This document shows, piece by piece, positions 59,363 to 64,000 of a stretch of DNA of 64,000 nt (position 1 is its first letter; the number at the start of each line of letters is the position of its first letter). The translations under genes were made by a program, and so were the position numbers. Source of the DNA: the human T2T-CHM13v2.0 reference genome, Homo sapiens; NCBI RefSeq assembly GCF_009914755.1, contig NC_060947.1; one strand, given 5' to 3'. Below the pieces are notes generated by a model. It had not been told where the DNA came from. It did no database searches and worked only from the letters and a program-made list of their open reading frames with translations.

Positions 59363-60354
59363 TGCTTTCATCAAGGAATGCTGCTCACAAGATTTTTGCA
59401 TAAGGAAGAGGCAATGTATTCAACAACAATTTGTTGAGCATGTGGATACCAAGCACGGTGCTAAGCACTGGGGATACAGTGGTGAACAAGACAGCATCTT
59501 GCCTTCACGGATATTTCAGTGTCAAAGGAGAGGTAACTAAACAAGTAAGGGAGAGAAGTTCATCACACAGACTCTCTCTCTCTCTAGCACACACGCACAC
59601 ACACACACACACACACACCCATACAGACACACACTGTGTGCACAGAGAGAGACAGAGGGATATAAAGAGAGACAGAGAGGCAACACTACAAAGGAAAGTC
59701 CTCCACTGGGTGCAATTTGGACCAGATAACTTTGGAATCCCTTTCAATTTTCCATTAGGCGTCGATTTGCTTAAGCCACAGTTCAAAAGCCTTGCCTGAG
59801 AGAAGGAGGTCTGGGGGCCTGGAGAGCTTTGGGACAAAGCTCCACTGGCTAAACATTCTTCCCAGGCTCTGATGAGTGACTGGCCAACCACTCCTAATGA
59901 TTTAATGAAGCTGATGGTGAAATAGAAAAGTATATCTTTGCTTAGGCTCATCTAAGCTCTGTTTCCATCACACTTATGTGTGTATATCATTAGATTACAT
60001 TTCTCAATCCTTGCAGCCTGCATGAAATTTTATGTCTTTAAATTGTTTCCATCTGTAAATTATTCAGCACTTCAGAACCAGAGATCAACTGTTAGTGGGT
60101 AACTGGTGTTGAACCACATGATTCACTGGGATAATGTATGATGTACCTTGCAGCCTGAAAATGCCAAAGGTCCAGACAGCTTATTCTTAGAATGTTAGGA
60201 AGCATGGAAAAGGCTATTTCTCATTGCAGAATAAAGCTTGGAAATGGAAGTAAGTCATCCGTTTGTGCTAACACACAGCAGTTTCATCACTGAAAACACC
60301 AGAGGCATCAAAAGACAACAGTACTGCCCTTTGACTTTCATTGAAAAGCTACAT

Positions 60355-60860
60355 ATATCAGTTCCCTGCTCAGATTCTCCAGTGACCTTCCTTCTGATGC
60401 AAAGAAGCAGCCAATGTTCAGTCAATAACCTACAAGGACTTAAGTGGCCTCTTTCACCCAGGTTCTCTGTGCTTTCCCTTGCAGCCTCCTCTTCCTGGAA
60501 ATTTCTTCCACCACATATCTGGGTGGTTCACTCTCTCACATCTTCCTGACCAGTGTTCAAATGTCTCTTTCTCAGAGAGGCTTTCCTGGACCTCCCTTAC
60601 TAATAAAAAACAAACAAACAAACAAACAAAAAAATAGATTCCACCTCACAGTCAGGACCCCCTTAGCCTGCTTTATTTTACATGATACCAGTCATTACCA
60701 CCTGAGATGTGTGTGTTTATTTATTTTCTTTCTCCCTCAACCATGGTTTGCAAGGTCTACATGGGCTCAGAGTTGGTCTGATTTGTTCACTACTGTATCC
60801 TCAGAATTCAGAAGCCTGTTTGACTAGAGTAAGTACTCAATACATACTTGTTCTAAAAAT
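60355..60860 (+). mobile_element. L2 3' fragment
   Basis: ttgttcactactgtatcctcag...agtaagtactcaatacatacttg. Confidence 0.65.
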
Positions 60861-60894
60861 GATAGGGAAGTAGAAAGGCCTCTGAATGATCATG

Positions 60895-62905
60895 ACATTC
60901 TTAATGATAAAGAGCAAGAATGGGACTTGCCCCATCAGATATCAAGACTTAATATAAAGCTATACTTCTTCAGGCAGTATGATACTGATGCAAATACAGA
61001 ATAGACCAATGGAACAGAATAGAGAGCCCTAAAATAGATGCTTGTGTATCCAGACACAGTTTGTAACCAAGGAAGGTCAGTGGGGAAGGGATGGACTCTT
61101 CAGTAAACACAATTCAACAGCTGTTCATAAATGCAGGGGAAAAAAGAAAGAAAGCCAGTACCTTACCTTATGTGTACACAAAAATCAGTTTTAGATGGAT
61201 TAAGACCTAAATTTGAAAGGCAAAATTAAAAAGCACTTATATGGTAATGTAGAATATCTTTATGTACTCTAAATAGAGAAAGGTTTCTTAATATGGTAGA
61301 AAATATATTTTCCACAAAGGAAATAATTGATAAATTAGACTACTTTAATAAAAAGGAATTCCATTTACCAAAAGAAATCATAACGAGAGTTAAGTAAAAA
61401 CATAAGATGGGAAAAACTACTTGCTACACATATAACTAACAAATAATTAGTGTTCAGGACATATAACTGCACCTTAGGAATGCTTTTCTTTCTTTCTTTC
61501 TTTTTTTTGAGACAGATTCTCGCTCGCTCTGTTGCTCAGGCTGAAGTGCAGTGGCATGATCTCGCCTCACTGTAGCCTCCACCTCCCTGCAGCCTCCGCC
61601 TCCCAGGTTCAAGTGATTCTCATGCCTCAGCCTCCCAAATAGCTGGGATTACAGACACGTGTCACCACTCCTGGCTAATTTTTGTATTTGTAGTAATGAT
61701 GGGGTTTCACCATGTTGGCCAAGCTGGTCTCGAACTCCTGGCATCAAGTGATCCTCCTGCCTCGGACTCCCAGTGTTGGGATTACAGGTGTGAGCCACCA
61801 TGCCCAACCACAGGAATCTTTAATAACAAAGACACAACTATTTGAAAAGTGAGGGAAACAGTAGAACAGACATATTACAAAATAGGAAATTTGAATGTGT
61901 TCACATGTATTAATAATATGGAAATGCAAATTAATACCACAATAATATCAATTCCATGCACATTTTAACAAAATCAAAAGTTACAATTCCAGATATTGGT
62001 ATGAATGTGGAGCAACCAGAACTCTCATACATGGCTGTTTGGAATATGAACTGGCACAACCATTTCTGGAGTAGAGCTTGGTCTTTCCTAGTAAAATAGA
62101 ACATGTTCTATAACCCAGTAATTCCACTTCTATATGTACATTCTAAAGAAGCTCATGCCCATGTGGTCCAAGAAGAACATACAAGAATAGTCAACACCAC
62201 AATATTTATATCATCTGAAAGAGGAAACGATTCAAGTGTTCATCCATAATAGAATCAGTAAGTAAACTGTGTTATAACCAGAAAATGAAATATTCCATAG
62301 CATGAAAATTGATGAAATAGAGCTATATTGGATAAATCACAAAAGTCACAAAAGAAAACATTCTCTGTAATTTAAACTATATTAAATTCTAAAACAAGCA
62401 AAATAAGTACATTTTATTGGAGGATGCATGCATATTTACAAATATAAAGAAAAGAAAGAAAATCATTACCCAAAACTCAGGCTTGGGCTAACTCAGCAAA
62501 TACAGGAATGGAAGCAGGGCCTGATACTTTATCATATATTTTGGCATTAAACAACAAAACTGAAACTGAGTATATTCTGATGCTCATTAGTTCCATTCTG
62601 GGGAATATATCCTCTAAGTCTAGAAAATCTCTTGAATATGTGCATCAGGATACAGATTCAAAAATGTTCTTGCCTATGTTGTTTGTAATCAAAAATATTG
62701 GGAACAATCCAACTGACAATTGACAAGAGAATGAGTAAACAGTTGTGGATATTCATCTAATGAAAATTAAAGACCTAGAGCTAGGCATGTCAACTTGGAC
62801 AACTTTTGCAGCATAATATTGAGGGGAAAATGCAAATCATATTAATAAAATACATGAACTGGTTTCCATTTGTATGAACTCCAAAAATATACAAAACTAA
62901 AGACA
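60895..62905 (+). mobile_element. Old L1M ORF2/3' fragments
   Basis: agaccaatggaacagaatagagagcc, agatggattaagacctaaa, ggaaatgcaaattaataccaca. Confidence 0.75.
61484..61809 (-). mobile_element. Alu (Sz/Jb-like) with a 17-bp internal duplication
   Basis: Full dimer; ctgtagcctccacctcc followed by ctgcagcctccgcctcc. Confidence 0.88.
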
Positions 62906-62918
62906 GTGCTATATGCAG

Positions 62919-63250
62919 CCACACTGCCCAATATAGTAACCACTGGCCACATGTGGCTAATAAGCATTTGAAAAGTGGATGGTCCAAATTCAGATGTTCT
63001 GTACATTTAAAATATGCACAAGATTTCAAAGAATTAGTATGAGAAAAAGGATGTAAAATACCTCATGAATTTTTTGTATTGACTACATAGCGAAATGACA
63101 ATATTTTGGATAGATTGGGTTAAATAAAATATATTTCTAATGAATTTCACCTGTTTCTTTATACTAATTTAAATGTGGCCACTAGAAAATTCAAAAATTA
63201 CATGTGGCTTGCATTTGTAGCTTACATCATATTTCTATTGGACAGTGCTG
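62919..63250. mobile_element. MER33 hAT-Charlie element
   Basis: ctgcccaatatagtaaccactggccacatgtggcta...tattggacagtgctg; ~330 bp. Confidence 0.8.
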
Positions 63251-63599
63251 GTACACCAATATCTACATAGATATTAGAGCTTTAAAAGAAACAATAAAAA
63301 CAAAATTTGGGTTAGAGATTCTTATAGGTGGAGGGAGATGGTGTGTGGAAGGAATACAGGTGGCTTTAAAGTTTTGGTAAGATTCTCTTCTTAAGCTGAG
63401 TTGCAGGTATGCAGCTGTTCATTTGATTGTTAATCTGTACTCCTCCCATATATATTACAAATATTTTTCCCATATAATTACGTTTAATATCAATTTTTAA
63501 AAAGTATAAATTCTTTTTAAGCCTTATTACCTGAAAATTGAATTTTACATAAGTAAAGCCAAATAAAACTAAAATGAGAATATCAGATGAGTCATCAGG

Positions 63600-64000
63600 A
63601 AGGTCATAAGAATAGAGATTCTAGTGGACTGTGGCAGGCTGAAAAGGAGCCGGTCACAGGGAAAGGAAGAGGTGGAGCATTCCAGGAGAAGGAACAGTGT
63701 ATGTGAAGACTATGAACTTCATTCTCATGTTTTAAGAACTGAAAGGAAACCAGAGGGATAAGAGGATGATGACTAAGACTAAGATAAAGATGAGGTTGGC
63801 AGGGCCAGCACATGCTTATAGGACATAGCAAGGGGCTATATTTTTTTCAAAATGCAATGGAAAGCCACAGAAAGGTTTTAAGCCTGATGACAAATGGATC
63901 CTATATTTTCTTTAAAAAGATTAATCTGTCCACTGAGTGGACAATATATTGTAGGTGGAGGTGAGGTCCAGACAAGGATGACAGTGGACTAGGGTGGGAG
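63600..64000 (-). mobile_element. L2 fragment
   Basis: gcattccaggagaaggaacag...gcaatggaaagccacagaaaggttttaagc. Confidence 0.7.

Overview
Primate (most likely human or great-ape) non-coding DNA made almost entirely of interspersed repeats. I find no credible protein-coding exon, RNA gene or CpG island; the long ORFs are L1, Tigger1 or Alu remnants. Main contents: a near-full-length Tigger1 (8.2-10.4 kb); a dense, nested solo-LTR cluster (19-32.6 kb) that includes a MER41B with both STAT1 GAS sites intact; a full-length dead L1PA4-type element without a visible TSD (33.2-39.3 kb); a twin-primed L1PA2-type insertion (48.0-49.6 kb); and a multi-level L1 nest (50.3-58.6 kb). I did not find a new multi-gene system. 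The most unusual signals are several inverted templated-insertion or template-switch scars (10066-10111 matching 11868-11915; 44606-44643 matching 44231-44268; 8481-8492; 17807-17889), a tandem triplication of an LTR TATA/poly(A) unit, and three non-consensus variants shared by two neighbouring L1s of different subfamilies. Repeat names and consensus comparisons come from my memory of the consensus sequences, not from a database search, so subfamily calls need RepeatMasker/Dfam confirmation.
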